A DNA stretch of 61,393 bases from a virus (taxonomy: Duplodnaviria > Caudoviricetes), in IMG/VR virus record IMGVR_UViG_3300044846_002156, positions 1-61,393 of that record; one strand, written 5' to 3'. The position numbers and the translations under genes were made by a program. The notes under the pieces are model-generated. The model did not search any database. It saw only the letters and a list, made by a program, of their open reading frames with translations, and was not told the DNA's origin. Below, one piece after another: positions 36,855 to 48,322 of this stretch (positions within the stretch are counted from its first letter, which is position 1; every line of letters begins with the position of its first letter).

Positions 36855-39332
36855 ATGTCAGAAAATATTTTTAGTTTTCCAAATCCGTTGTCCGCTGATG
36901 CAACGAAAGATAGCGCAGATTATGGTTTAAAAATAATGAAAACCGCTTATTTTCAATGGTTGAGTGGTACTGGTGGCTTTAGTCAAAAACAAAGACAAGT
37001 AAGGTTTGATTATAACAGAGCTTATGCTACTGGTATGCAACCTATGCAAGAGTTCTTAGACTACCTTGATATTAACGGACAACAGCCGTATTCTAATTTA
37101 GACTTTACACCACTACCTGTTGCTATGCCTATTATACAAAGGATTAAAGATAGGTTTAATCAGAGGGTAGAAAAGATTAAGTGTAATGCTGTTGACCCTA
37201 TAAGTGTTTCTAAAAAGAATAAAGAGAAACTTGATTCTAAATTTAGAATGGAGTTTAAAGATGATATACAACAATTACAACAAGAAAGTGGTTTACAGTT
37301 AGAAGACCCAGATGCTTTCACTCCAGATGACAACGAGGAGAATGAAATTTATTATGGCTTTACATATAAGCAACGTGAAGAAGTAATGATGGAGCAAGGC
37401 ATAGACCTTGTAATGTATGACAACGATTGGTCGGAAGTAAAAGATGCTATCTTAGATGATTTAATTGTTTTTGGTATATCTGGAACTAAAACATATATTG
37501 ACGCCAACGGAAGAATTAGAGTTAGAAAAGTAAATCCTTACAATCTTATATTAAGTTATAGTGAGCGTAATGATATGAAGGATTTAGAGTGGGTTGGAGA
37601 GGTTGTGTACACAAGTATTGCAGAAGTTAGACTTGCATATCCTGGAAAAGTATCAGAAGAAGAACTATATAACATAGCTAAAAATTCTGCTGGTAAATAT
37701 TCAAACCCTGCTTCTTGGGCTTTCACTTGGAACTACCAATATGCAAATGCTTTTTCAAGACCTTACGATTCATTTAGAGTTCCAGTTTTAAATTTATCAT
37801 TTAAGACTTTATACAATTTAAAATACGAAAAGAATCAAGATAGATTTGGTAAAACTATTTTAGACAAATCAAATAAAGTAAAAGAAGGAAAAGAATATAT
37901 ACAATCAAAACCTTACTATGTAGAATATCAAGGAGCTTGGATTTGCGACACTACACATTTACTTGAATGGAAGTTGGCTGAAAATATGATTAAGCCACAA
38001 GATAATTTGCAAGAGTGTATTTTGCCGTTTACTATATATATGTATAGCAATAATAGAATGACTAACAAGCCTATTATTGAAACAATGATACCATCTATTA
38101 AGCAAATGCAGCTTGCTCACTTACAAATGCAAAAAATAATTGCACAAGCAGCACCAGACGGATATACTGTTGATGTTGCAGGAATGAGTGATGTAGATTT
38201 AGGAAATGGTAAAGGGGCGTTACAGCCAATGGAGCTTATCCGTATCTATAAACAAACTGGTGTTATTTTCTATAAAGGTCAAGTTGATGATATGGAGGGC
38301 AATAGTAAACCGCCAATTACTCCGCTCAACGTGCCATTTACATCTAAGCTACAAGCATTTATTGAGATATATAATTTTGAGTTAAACAAGCTAGAAAGAA
38401 TGATTGGCTCTAACTCATTAGACCAAGGTATGATTTCAAATCAAGCTGTTGGGGCAAAGGTATTAGAAACAGCAAGACAGATTGGTGAAAGCTCTATCAA
38501 CTACATTTACAATGCCTACATAAACATTTACGAAAGAACAGCCAAGTTAGCACAAATGAGATTGTGGGATATATTGGTGTTTGGTAAAAAAGGATATGGC
38601 GGTTATAAGTATGCTTTAAACTCTGATAGGGTTGAGTATATTAAATTGAATGCAGAAGATGGATTTGAAGTTACAAACTTTGATGTTAAGATAGAGGCTA
38701 CTGTTGATGAGGGTGAAAAACAAATGTTAGAGAATAACATTCAGCAAGCACTTGCTCAACAAAGCATAGAGCTAGAAGACGCTATTCAAATTAGAATGTT
38801 AGACAATGTAAAAGCTGCTAATTACTATTTAGTATCTGCTCAAAAGAAAAGACGCAAGCTTAGAATGGAAGAAGCTAAACAAAATAGTGAGATGCAAATG
38901 CAACAAGCAGTACAAGCAGCACAAGCTAAATCACAAGGAGAGCTACAACTAGAACAAGCAAAAGCACAGTTTAAATTACAGCAATACGAAGAAGAATTAG
39001 AGAACGATAAGGAAAGAGAAACCTTAAAGTACTTTAATATACTAAGAGTAAAAACATTAGAAAAGCTGTTAGAACAAGGTAAGTCTATTGAAGAAATGCC
39101 ATCGTTTATATTTGACGGTATTGATGGTGTTGTTCAAACTCAAAAACAAATAGTGTTAGAGGATTTAAGCGATATGCAAGAAAAGCAAGCGCAAGAACAA
39201 CAAATGCAGGAGCAACAAATGCAAGCTCAACAACAACAAGAAGGAGGAGAGCAAATGCAACTGTCAGAAGAAGAACAAGCACAAATGATGGATGCTCAAC
39301 AACAAGAACAAGAACAAGGAATGGCTATGTAA
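36855..39332 (+). CDS. Portal protein
   Basis: Size, position after TerL, long helical Q/E-rich C-terminus. Confidence 0.85.
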   Translation: MSENIFSFPNPLSADATKDSADYGLKIMKTAYFQWLSGTGGFSQKQRQVRFDYNRAYATGMQPMQEFLDYLDINGQQPYSNLDFTPLPVAMPIIQRIKDRFNQRVEKIKCNAVDPISVSKKNKEKLDSKFRMEFKDDIQQLQQESGLQLEDPDAFTPDDNEENEIYYGFTYKQREEVMMEQGIDLVMYDNDWSEVKDAILDDLIVFGISGTKTYIDANGRIRVRKVNPYNLILSYSERNDMKDLEWVGEVVYTSIAEVRLAYPGKVSEEELYNIAKNSAGKYSNPASWAFTWNYQYANAFSRPYDSFRVPVLNLSFKTLYNLKYEKNQDRFGKTILDKSNKVKEGKEYIQSKPYYVEYQGAWICDTTHLLEWKLAENMIKPQDNLQECILPFTIYMYSNNRMTNKPIIETMIPSIKQMQLAHLQMQKIIAQAAPDGYTVDVAGMSDVDLGNGKGALQPMELIRIYKQTGVIFYKGQVDDMEGNSKPPITPLNVPFTSKLQAFIEIYNFELNKLERMIGSNSLDQGMISNQAVGAKVLETARQIGESSINYIYNAYINIYERTAKLAQMRLWDILVFGKKGYGGYKYALNSDRVEYIKLNAEDGFEVTNFDVKIEATVDEGEKQMLENNIQQALAQQSIELEDAIQIRMLDNVKAANYYLVSAQKKRRKLRMEEAKQNSEMQMQQAVQAAQAKSQGELQLEQAKAQFKLQQYEEELENDKERETLKYFNILRVKTLEKLLEQGKSIEEMPSFIFDGIDGVVQTQKQIVLEDLSDMQEKQAQEQQMQEQQMQAQQQQEGGEQMQLSEEEQAQMMDAQQQEQEQGMAM

Positions 39333-39382
39333 AATAGCATTATTATATTAATTAATTTTGTAAACAATAAAGGAAGAAGAAA

Positions 39383-40444
39383 ATGGAAGTAAACAAGGTA
39401 AGCTCTTGGGAGGATGTATTGTCGGATAATTACAATGCACCACCAGTAGAGCAAGAAGTAATCGCAGAAGAACAAGAGGCTGTTGTAGAAACACCACAAG
39501 AAGAAGTAGTAGTAACTGATGAAGTTGTGCCTACCGAGCAAGTTACCGACCAAGTAACCGAGCAAGTAGAACAACCAGTTGTTAAAGAAAACTTACAAGT
39601 TGAAACAAATGTAGGTTTGGATGAAGATGCTTTATATGAGTATTTGCAAATCAAAAGAACCAACTACAATGAAATATCTGATTTAGATATTGTTTCTGGC
39701 TTTATATCTAACGACCACCCTAGTTGGGATGAGAGTGATGTAGAGTTTGAATTAGAGCAAAAGTATGGCTCTGCATTGTTTCAAGAAAAAATTAATTTGG
39801 ATGATATAGATAAAGAAATCTATCCAGATGAATATAAAGAAGCCTTATCTTTAAATAAAGAAATAGATAAAGCACAAAAACTACTTAGGAGAGATGCGTT
39901 AGAAAAGCGCAACGAACTTGAGGAAATTAAAAATAACATACAATTACCAACATCAGCCAGTAAAAAGGGTGATGATAGTTTAGTAGAAACCCAAGCAACA
40001 GAAGAAGTTTTGCAAAAGTTATCTCAAGAAGATTTGGAAAAGCTCCAAAAAGAATGGGAAGCTGTTGTAGAAAAAGATGTACCATCTGTAAGCGAGTTTA
40101 AGTTTAAATTAGGCGACGAGGAAGTTTCCTATAAAATAACAGATGACGAGCAAAAACAAATGGTTGACAAAATGAAACAATTTAATGCTGAAAGTTTCTT
40201 AGTTGAACGTGGCTGGCTAAAAGCAGACGGAACTCCAAATGTAAAGAAGATTACCGAGGATGTGTATATTCTTGAGAATACGGAGAAGATGTTAAAATCA
40301 AGCTGGACACAAGCAAAGGAAAAAGCTAAAATTGATATTATCGGAAAAGATATTAAGAACATCAATCTTGGCTCAACCAATGAAACGGTAGACTTAAAAG
40401 CTAACAATCCTTATGGATTTGGTGATTATGTGTTGAGCTTATAA
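39383..40444 (+). CDS. Scaffolding protein
   Basis: Very acidic, between portal and capsid; TEQV tandem repeat. Confidence 0.7.
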   Translation: MEVNKVSSWEDVLSDNYNAPPVEQEVIAEEQEAVVETPQEEVVVTDEVVPTEQVTDQVTEQVEQPVVKENLQVETNVGLDEDALYEYLQIKRTNYNEISDLDIVSGFISNDHPSWDESDVEFELEQKYGSALFQEKINLDDIDKEIYPDEYKEALSLNKEIDKAQKLLRRDALEKRNELEEIKNNIQLPTSASKKGDDSLVETQATEEVLQKLSQEDLEKLQKEWEAVVEKDVPSVSEFKFKLGDEEVSYKITDDEQKQMVDKMKQFNAESFLVERGWLKADGTPNVKKITEDVYILENTEKMLKSSWTQAKEKAKIDIIGKDIKNINLGSTNETVDLKANNPYGFGDYVLSL

Positions 40445-40474
40445 ATTAAATATTAACAATTAAAAATTAAAATT

Positions 40475-41812
40475 ATGCCTACTACTCCAAGTGCATTTAG
40501 TTCGTCAACCGTAACCAGAGCTGGTTCGTTGATTTCAGAACTTAACATCGTTGTACCTCGTGCCTACAAAGAGTTTATCGACAAGTTTCAATTCGTTCCT
40601 TATGTAATGATGAATGAACTTGCTGGAAACACTTTGGCAACAGACAACAAATTATTTTATCACTACGAATCAAAAGGTCGTCAAATGTCATTTGTAACTG
40701 CAAATGCTACGGTAGCTGGTGCTAACGGTGCTGCTGTTGTTGTTACTTTGTCTGCTGCTGATACTTATGCTTCTGGTACTAAATCATTACCTGAAATTGG
40801 TATGATTGTTTACAATGCAAGAACAGGTGTTGAATCTCGTGTAACTGCTGTGAACAAAGCTACTCCATCTGCTCACACTATGACTATTGTTCCAGTAATC
40901 GCTGCTACAAGTGCTGCTGTAACTGCTGGTGATGAGTTGCAAGGTAGAGGTTACAAATACGTTGGAGAAGCATCTGACTATACTGCAACCACTATCCAAA
41001 CTATTGACAAGTACACTAACTATTGTACTCAAATCCGTATTGATAGTAAATTTACTGACTTAACTTTAGCAGAAGCTATTGACTTTGAATATGACGGTCA
41101 ACGTTATTACAAATACAAACAATTAGCTGATGACAACAAAAAGTTTATGTTGCAAAAAGAGTTAATGTTAATGGATTCAAACTTAACTGACAACTTAGGT
41201 TATTCTGAAAGTGGTTCTGCTGGTGTTATCCAACAAACTCAAGCTAATGGCTTAAACATCGGTTATGGTTCATTCAGCGCACAAACTACATTTGCTAACG
41301 TAGAGCGTCAGTTGGATAGTCAAGGTGCTCCACAAGAATATGATTGGTTGTGTGATGTTCAACAACACATTGCTATTCAAAACTCTTTGGGTAATGATTT
41401 CAACAACGGTGCTGTATTATATGCTCAAAACCAAGATTCGGCTAACTTAGATTTAGCTCGTGGTTTTAAATCATTTGCTCCTTACCAACGTAAGTTTAAC
41501 TTCACTCGTTACTTGCCATTCTCTGAATCTGCTTTCTATGGTTCTACTGGTACTGGTACTACTCGTGCTAACTTCGGATTGTTAATCCCTAAAGGTTCTC
41601 AAACTGATGCTAAAACTCGTAACGTTGTACCTCGTTTCAATGTAAGATACCAAGATGTGTTAGGTAACGGACAGAAAGTTCAAATCGCTGAAACTGGTGG
41701 TTTAGCAAAAGTACCAACCTCTGCTAAAATGGAGCTTGTTGTATCTCAAGTTGCTTACTACGGTGTTCAAGTTATGGGCGCAAACCAATATGCTATTGTA
41801 AAAGGTAGCTAG
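40475..41812 (+). CDS. Major capsid protein
   Basis: Size, position, strong high-expression codon bias, hairpin at 41821..41844. Confidence 0.85.
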   Translation: MPTTPSAFSSSTVTRAGSLISELNIVVPRAYKEFIDKFQFVPYVMMNELAGNTLATDNKLFYHYESKGRQMSFVTANATVAGANGAAVVVTLSAADTYASGTKSLPEIGMIVYNARTGVESRVTAVNKATPSAHTMTIVPVIAATSAAVTAGDELQGRGYKYVGEASDYTATTIQTIDKYTNYCTQIRIDSKFTDLTLAEAIDFEYDGQRYYKYKQLADDNKKFMLQKELMLMDSNLTDNLGYSESGSAGVIQQTQANGLNIGYGSFSAQTTFANVERQLDSQGAPQEYDWLCDVQQHIAIQNSLGNDFNNGAVLYAQNQDSANLDLARGFKSFAPYQRKFNFTRYLPFSESAFYGSTGTGTTRANFGLLIPKGSQTDAKTRNVVPRFNVRYQDVLGNGQKVQIAETGGLAKVPTSAKMELVVSQVAYYGVQVMGANQYAIVKGS

Positions 41813-41881
41813 AATAAACTAAGGGGAGGGTTCGCTCTCCCCTTATTAATATTAAACAAAGGATAAAATCAGAAAGAAGAA

Positions 41882-42766
41882 ATGGAAACAACATTAGAAA
41901 AGAAAAAAGGTAATCCTAACTTTGGTAAAAAACCAATTAAAGAGGAATTTAATGATGAAATTAGTGATGTTAATAAAATACATCATTTTGTATTAACTAA
42001 TACTTGGGAAAAGTATAAGCCAGTAGATAACGAAAGCGGTAGATTAAATTCAGCCCCTTACCCACCAATATTTCAAGTGCCATCAGAAGGTATTACCGTT
42101 GATGATGAAACTAAGAAAAGTAGAAAGTGGAGATGTTTAAAAGGCATAGATAGTATTTGGGTTGATGACCAAGATGGTTTAGAGCCAAATGGTTTTGAAG
42201 ATTATGAGGAAATCATATTTGTAAACGGACATTTAAAAATTCGTGGATATGAAACTAATAAACTTGCTGCATTAAAAGCATTAGATTTATTTGAGGGTAA
42301 GAAAATTAAGAAAGTAGATTCTAAGCCAGCATATAGATTAATTGATGTTGATGCAGATTTGAATACAGCTTTAGATAATTTAGATTTTGAATACGAGGCA
42401 TTAAAAACAGCCAAAGAATGTTCAGATGAAGAAATGCTTGCTTTTGCTTATGTATTAGGTTTAAATGTAGACCAACAACTTAGAGGAGTTAGAAAAGACT
42501 TTATTATGAAGGCTAAAGCTAACCCAAGATATTTTATTAAGTATTTTGTAGACCCTAAAAATGAAATTGCATATAGGGTTCATAAAGCACTAACAGGAAA
42601 TATTTTATCGACAACGTCAATAGAAGGTAAACTTGTATGGGCGGAGTCTGGAAAAGTGATAATGGATGCCCCTAAAGGAGCGGATATTGCTCAAGACATT
42701 GCTAAATTAGTTATGAAGAATAACGAAGAAGCAACCAAATTGTTTGAGCAGTTGAAGAAAATGTAA
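41882..42766 (+). CDS. Conserved post-capsid protein
   Basis: Position; I.F.NG.L motif; terminator 42793..42826. Confidence 0.55.
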   Translation: METTLEKKKGNPNFGKKPIKEEFNDEISDVNKIHHFVLTNTWEKYKPVDNESGRLNSAPYPPIFQVPSEGITVDDETKKSRKWRCLKGIDSIWVDDQDGLEPNGFEDYEEIIFVNGHLKIRGYETNKLAALKALDLFEGKKIKKVDSKPAYRLIDVDADLNTALDNLDFEYEALKTAKECSDEEMLAFAYVLGLNVDQQLRGVRKDFIMKAKANPRYFIKYFVDPKNEIAYRVHKALTGNILSTTSIEGKLVWAESGKVIMDAPKGADIAQDIAKLVMKNNEEATKLFEQLKKM

Positions 42767-42834
42767 GGGCTTCCTGATTCCTTCTCTTGTTTAGCCATCT
42801 GCCCTTAATTGGGTGGGTGGTTTTTTGTTATTAA

Positions 42835-42864
42835 AAAATCGCCTTGATATTTTAAGTATTTTTG
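42835..42864 (+). promoter_or_regulatory. Late-type promoter AAAATCG-N15-TATTTTTG
   Basis: Shares AAAAATCGCCTT and spacing with 58141..58170. Confidence 0.65.
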
Positions 42865-42891
42865 CATTGTAGATAATTAACAAAGCTCATA

Positions 42892-43575
42892 ATGGACATA
42901 AATCAAGCTCATAAATATATAGACTTTATTGTTAAAAAGTCAAATGCAGGTGGGTATATCTCTCCTGCTGAAAAGGACTTGGTATTAAATAGAGCGCAAA
43001 TACAGTATTTTAATAAGCTATACGGCAATCAAAATGATTATAGGTACGACAGACCAGTTCCTAAAATAACTTATGCTGTAACGGAGAAAATAAGCAATAG
43101 TTTAAGTGTGTTTATATCCGATTCAACTACGCTCACCATAGATGCTAACGGACAAGCTACAATACCAACAGACTTGTTTCAAACAGTATCTATTACTAAG
43201 ACATTAAACGGAATAGAGAACGAAGTAACAAGAGTAGAACACGATAGAGTTGCTAATAATTTAAGTAGTTATTATGATGCTCCAGATACAAACTTTCCAA
43301 TATACTCACAGCTAAAAACTAAATACCAATTCTATCCTAAGAATTTGGCTAGTGCTAATTTAATTTATTTAAAGCAGCCTACTGAAATGGTTTGGGGTTA
43401 TACTACTGGCGGTACTGGAAGACCAGTTTATAATCCATCTACAAGCACACAACCACAATGGAAAGATATGGATATGAATGAAATTATATACTTAGCTTTA
43501 AGCTATATTGGTGTGAATTTGAAAGACCCAGAAGTTTCTCAATTTGCTAATGTTAAAACACAAACTGGATTATAA
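42892..43575 (+). CDS. Head-tail adaptor/tail ring protein
   Basis: K...GYISP.E....NRAQ; YLK.P..WGY. Confidence 0.7.
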   Translation: MDINQAHKYIDFIVKKSNAGGYISPAEKDLVLNRAQIQYFNKLYGNQNDYRYDRPVPKITYAVTEKISNSLSVFISDSTTLTIDANGQATIPTDLFQTVSITKTLNGIENEVTRVEHDRVANNLSSYYDAPDTNFPIYSQLKTKYQFYPKNLASANLIYLKQPTEMVWGYTTGGTGRPVYNPSTSTQPQWKDMDMNEIIYLALSYIGVNLKDPEVSQFANVKTQTGL

Positions 43576-43577
43576 TA

Positions 43578-44219
43578 ATGGCAATTACAACATACGGATA
43601 TTTAGCAGAGCAAATATTAACAACCTACTATAAGGGTGTAAGGAGTGATGACAGCCAATATTCTTTAAGGCACATAGCGTCAATGATAGCCCAAGAGGTT
43701 GCGTTTATGGCTAGGAAGAATGCTTTTGAGAATGGCAACAATGGAGATACTGCATATATTAATGATACATTTATTTCTACATTTAAAAATATTGCTGTAT
43801 CAACAGATGCAGTTAGTGGAGATAAATATGCTGCATTACCAGCCATACCAACTGCTCTCCCTAATAATCAAGAAATAGTATCTGTATCATTAGGTAAAAA
43901 GACCAACAAGACATTTATCCCTATGAAGAATAAAGATAGGTTTGCACAATCTTTTTTACCTTGTATTAGAGGAACTGTATTTTATTATATAGAAGATGGT
44001 AAGTTGTTTTTTGACAACCCAGAGAATTTTCAGTTTAATAATTTAACTATTAAAATGGCAGGAGCAGTACCAGGTGGAAATATATTGGATGCTCAACTTA
44101 ATATACCTAAAAATTACGAAACGGAAATAATAGATAAGGTATTACAAAGACTATTAGCTGTATCAAGATTAGGTAGAGATAACACTAATGATGGAAATGA
44201 TATATCCAATACCATATAA
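43578..44219 (+). CDS. Tail ring protein
   Basis: Size and position between adaptor and nozzle. Confidence 0.6.
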   Translation: MAITTYGYLAEQILTTYYKGVRSDDSQYSLRHIASMIAQEVAFMARKNAFENGNNGDTAYINDTFISTFKNIAVSTDAVSGDKYAALPAIPTALPNNQEIVSVSLGKKTNKTFIPMKNKDRFAQSFLPCIRGTVFYYIEDGKLFFDNPENFQFNNLTIKMAGAVPGGNILDAQLNIPKNYETEIIDKVLQRLLAVSRLGRDNTNDGNDISNTI

Positions 44220-44263
44220 TATATTAAAATAACAGTTAAATACTTGCGATAGCATATAAAAAT

Positions 44264-45034
44264 ATGAAAATACCTTTAAAACAAATAATAGCTGAATTAA
44301 TAGACAGCAAGGATTCTAGCTCACACGAGTTTAGGAGGTTATATAATATTGGTGTTAGAGGCATTAGAGAGTTTAACACAGATGTTGTAGGAACATTTAC
44401 AACTAAGCTACTTGATGTAAACGCAAATAAGACTGTTGATTTACCAGATGACTATATTACATATTCTAAGATAGGTATTATTAACGAGAAAGGCGAGATA
44501 GTAACATTGAGGTTAAACAATCAATTATCTGGCTATAATGATACACACGATTTAAAGGCGGATAGATTTGAGGGTGTACCTAAAATAACAGCCGTAACCA
44601 ATCCATCTATACCATACAGTTATCCATTTGTATTTTATAACTTCTTTATATCTAACCAATCTTACAATTTATTTGGTTTAGGTGGAGGAGGTCAAAATAT
44701 AGGCGACTATAAAGTAGATGATGAGCATGGTGTTATCATATTAGGACCACACTTTCAGTATGACAAAATATTATTAGAATATTTAGGTGATGGAATGGAT
44801 TGCGATGCTAATGACTATATGGTTGATAGCAGAGCAGCAGAGGCTATACTTGCTTATGTAAGATGGAAAAGCTCACTAGATATGCCTAAAAAATACGGAC
44901 AAGGAATTATAAGAGAATATAAAGCAGAGTTTAAATCAGAACGATTAAAAGCTAAGATGCGTATAAATAAAATAAACGTATCAGATTTTGACGATATACA
45001 CAGAGTTACAAGCAAACTAGCACCTAGAGCATAA
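44264..45034 (+). CDS. Tail ring protein
   Basis: LP.DYI.Y.KI, I.LEY..DG, AEAI.AY. Confidence 0.65.
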   Translation: MKIPLKQIIAELIDSKDSSSHEFRRLYNIGVRGIREFNTDVVGTFTTKLLDVNANKTVDLPDDYITYSKIGIINEKGEIVTLRLNNQLSGYNDTHDLKADRFEGVPKITAVTNPSIPYSYPFVFYNFFISNQSYNLFGLGGGGQNIGDYKVDDEHGVIILGPHFQYDKILLEYLGDGMDCDANDYMVDSRAAEAILAYVRWKSSLDMPKKYGQGIIREYKAEFKSERLKAKMRINKINVSDFDDIHRVTSKLAPRA

Positions 45035-48000
45035 TGGTAGAAAATAAAGTATTTACTAACGGTGGACTTAACCAAGATGTAGATGAAAGTTTATTAAAGC
45101 CTAACGATTGGGATTATGCTTTAAACATTCGTAATACAGATAGGCTAGAGTTTTCTGATGGAGTTTTAAGTAACCTTAAAGGAAATACTTTGGTAACGTA
45201 TGCTCTCCCTACTGGAACAAATAAATGTATAGGGAGTTATGCAAATGAATCTAGTGCAAAGTTTTATTCTTTTATATATAATTCTTTAGGCAACCACACA
45301 ATAACAGAATATGATAATGCTACTGGTGTAATTACAAAAGTATTACAAGCTAGTTATTTAAACTTTCAGCCATTTGAATATATAAATGGCGTTGGAATAA
45401 TAGATAATAAGTTTTTATATTGGACAGATGGTTTTAACCCACCAAGAAATATTGATATAGAAAAGGCTAAGGCTTCCATTACCTATTACACAGACGCAAC
45501 AAGTATATCATTAGCCAAGCCAGCTCCACAAGATATTATAGATAGTGCTTATGCTAACGACCCTATAAACACAACATCATCAAACAGACTAAAAAACCAA
45601 CTGTTTCAGTTTAGGTATTTATATATCTATGAAGATGGAAGTAGAAGTGCGTGGAGTTCGTGTAGTGAAGTTCCCTTACCTAATTTAGAGATAACCTCAT
45701 CAATAAATACAGCAGCATATAGAAACAACCACATTACATTACAGTTTAATGTAGGAACTAAATTTGTTAAATCTATTGAGATTGCAGCGCAAGTAAAAGG
45801 AGTTGCTGTAAATAACACACAAGATTGGTTTTCTATATTGACAATAAATAGAGCAGAAGCTATTGCTAATTCACAATATGAATATAATTTAACAACAAAT
45901 AAAGCTACATTTCAATTTTACAATGACGGGCTGTACCAGTCTGTTGATATAAACGAAATTGATTTAGCTTACGATTACGTTCCTTTAAAATCTAAAGCAT
46001 TAGATATTGTTAATGGAAATGTTTTAGTATTAGGTAACAATACAGAGGGCTACGACAATATAGCTTTAAATGCTAATATAACAGTTGGCACAATAATAGA
46101 AACAAACTCTGGAAGATTAACTTGGGTTAGTGAATTTGATGATGTAGCAAATCAAACATATTCAGTTATATTTACAGGAACACCGATTGTAGGAGATACC
46201 GTTGGTTGGACTGCATTTGTTACAGAAACAATGCCATACGGTGTTATTAGTTATAGTGGTATTTATACGGTTACAGATGATGTAATGCCATCTATTACCG
46301 CATTTGCAGATGCTTTAGGTAATAGTATTATGGGTGATATACCTTATTACTGGTTTTATGATGGATATGAGATAATTCCAAATGGAGTTAAAATATTCAT
46401 GAGAACAAGCCAACAACTTGGCACAGAAGCAGGAATGCAAATTGAAGCACCAACACTAGCTGTTGGATTTAGTAATGCAGGAAATAGATATAAAACAAAT
46501 TCTAAATATCAATTTGGATTAGTTTATTACGATGAGTTTAACAGAAGCTCTTATGTACAAACAAACACAGACCTAATAAAATCAACTAAATCTTGGGGAG
46601 CATTAGCTGCTCAATCACCTAAATTTGACTGGGTTATTAATCACTCTGCTCCACTATGGGCTAAAAAATACCAATGGGTAAGAACAGAACAACTAACACA
46701 TAAAACATTTTTATTTTGGAACGCATCTGCTGTTACAGTAAACTCTGCTAATGCTAATTATTACGACTTAAACATAAGCTCATTTAATACATACAATACA
46801 AACAATAAAGATAGTATTTTAGCTTATGATTTTAGCAAAGGGGATAGATGTACTATACATAAAGACAATGGTGGATTTATAACTGGATATGATGTATCTA
46901 TTGTTGGATATAATCCAACTACTGGAATACTTACAATAGATAAAAAGGGAACGTTGACAGTAGGAGTAGATAATATATTATTAGAAATATATACACCTAA
47001 AACACGCTCAAACCAACCACAAGAACAATTTTTTTATGAGTTTGGAGAAGTTTACAGTTGCAATAATGGAGTGCATTCGGTTACAAGCGGCTCTTTAAGA
47101 GAGGGTGATATATATGTAAAAGGTAGGGTAATAAACGGAACTACATCAACAATAGTTGAAGACCCCAACTTTAGTGATTTCTATAAATCTAATTATAGTT
47201 CTAACGGCAGAGTTAATGTATTCGCTCCACAAGCCAAACAGCTCACTCTACCGACAGATATTAGGTATAGTGATACATACGTTCCAAACACAAATATAAA
47301 TGGCTTAAATCGCTTCTATGGAGATGCTTTTGAAACATACGACAGAGTAAATGGCTCAATACAAAAATTGGCTGTAAGGGATAACTATTTAGTTACTTTC
47401 CAAGAATTAAAAACTGGTTACATTCCAATACAACAAAGTATCATTGAAGACCAAGGAAGTGGTGGTTCAGCTAATGTGGCTATATCTAACAAGCTATTAA
47501 ATAAGATTAGATACTTTGCTGGAGATTACGGCATAGGCTTAAACCCTGAAAGCTTTGCAAGGTTTGCAGGTACAATGTATTTTGCAGACCCTAATAGAGC
47601 TGCTGTTTTAAAACTTACAAGTGGCTTACAGCAAATTAGTGGTATTGGTATGGATAGTTATTTCACTAGAACATTAAGTGGTGTAAGGAATATAGTTAAT
47701 ACAAAACTAATAGGAAGCTACGACCCAAGGAATGATGAGTATATTTTAACTATTAACAAGGTAAGTGGAGATAGTGAAACGATTGCTTTTAACGAAGCGA
47801 TTAATAGGTGGACTTCATTTTACTCGTTTATACCAGAACACGCAAATTACATATTTAATAAATATATGTCGTTTAAGGGTGGCTCTATGTGGGAGCATAA
47901 CACTAATACAACATTTAATTCATTTTACGGAATAAATTATTATTCTTATATAGACTTAGTGTTTAACGCCAATCCTTTGCTCATCAAAACATTTGTAGGA

Positions 48001-48276
48001 TTAATGCAAAAGAGTAATACATTATGGACTTCTCTTGAAATAGTTACAAGCACACCTAACCAACTATCTAGTTTAAATGGAGATGACTTCTTACAGAAAG
48101 AAGGAGTATGGTTTGCAAGCTTTTTAAGAGATATTAATAGCCCAGAAGGACTTTACGGTGGTGATGATTTAAAAGGTAACTGGATTAAGGTTAAGCTAAC
48201 TAATAGTGCTAACGTTAGGATTAATACACTTGCTATGAGCGTTAGAGATATACCTTCATACCAAGGTATAAAATAG
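45034..48276 (+). CDS. Tail nozzle/stabilisation protein (beta-propeller)
   Basis: GLN.D.D, A.N.R, LYWTD..NPP, GI..NPES, WTSFYSF.P, KEG.WF. Confidence 0.8.
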   Translation: MVENKVFTNGGLNQDVDESLLKPNDWDYALNIRNTDRLEFSDGVLSNLKGNTLVTYALPTGTNKCIGSYANESSAKFYSFIYNSLGNHTITEYDNATGVITKVLQASYLNFQPFEYINGVGIIDNKFLYWTDGFNPPRNIDIEKAKASITYYTDATSISLAKPAPQDIIDSAYANDPINTTSSNRLKNQLFQFRYLYIYEDGSRSAWSSCSEVPLPNLEITSSINTAAYRNNHITLQFNVGTKFVKSIEIAAQVKGVAVNNTQDWFSILTINRAEAIANSQYEYNLTTNKATFQFYNDGLYQSVDINEIDLAYDYVPLKSKALDIVNGNVLVLGNNTEGYDNIALNANITVGTIIETNSGRLTWVSEFDDVANQTYSVIFTGTPIVGDTVGWTAFVTETMPYGVISYSGIYTVTDDVMPSITAFADALGNSIMGDIPYYWFYDGYEIIPNGVKIFMRTSQQLGTEAGMQIEAPTLAVGFSNAGNRYKTNSKYQFGLVYYDEFNRSSYVQTNTDLIKSTKSWGALAAQSPKFDWVINHSAPLWAKKYQWVRTEQLTHKTFLFWNASAVTVNSANANYYDLNISSFNTYNTNNKDSILAYDFSKGDRCTIHKDNGGFITGYDVSIVGYNPTTGILTIDKKGTLTVGVDNILLEIYTPKTRSNQPQEQFFYEFGEVYSCNNGVHSVTSGSLREGDIYVKGRVINGTTSTIVEDPNFSDFYKSNYSSNGRVNVFAPQAKQLTLPTDIRYSDTYVPNTNINGLNRFYGDAFETYDRVNGSIQKLAVRDNYLVTFQELKTGYIPIQQSIIEDQGSGGSANVAISNKLLNKIRYFAGDYGIGLNPESFARFAGTMYFADPNRAAVLKLTSGLQQISGIGMDSYFTRTLSGVRNIVNTKLIGSYDPRNDEYILTINKVSGDSETIAFNEAINRWTSFYSFIPEHANYIFNKYMSFKGGSMWEHNTNTTFNSFYGINYYSYIDLVFNANPLLIKTFVGLMQKSNTLWTSLEIVTSTPNQLSSLNGDDFLQKEGVWFASFLRDINSPEGLYGGDDLKGNWIKVKLTNSANVRINTLAMSVRDIPSYQGIK

Positions 48277-48322
48277 AGATGTAATTTTAACTATTTTTGT
48301 ATATATATTAAAAAATAAAATA

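Noticed and set aside
39533-39570. 12 bp tandem repeat ACCGA(G/C)CAAGT
   Set aside because: Encodes TEQV/TDQV in the disordered scaffold N-terminus; ordinary low-complexity expansion
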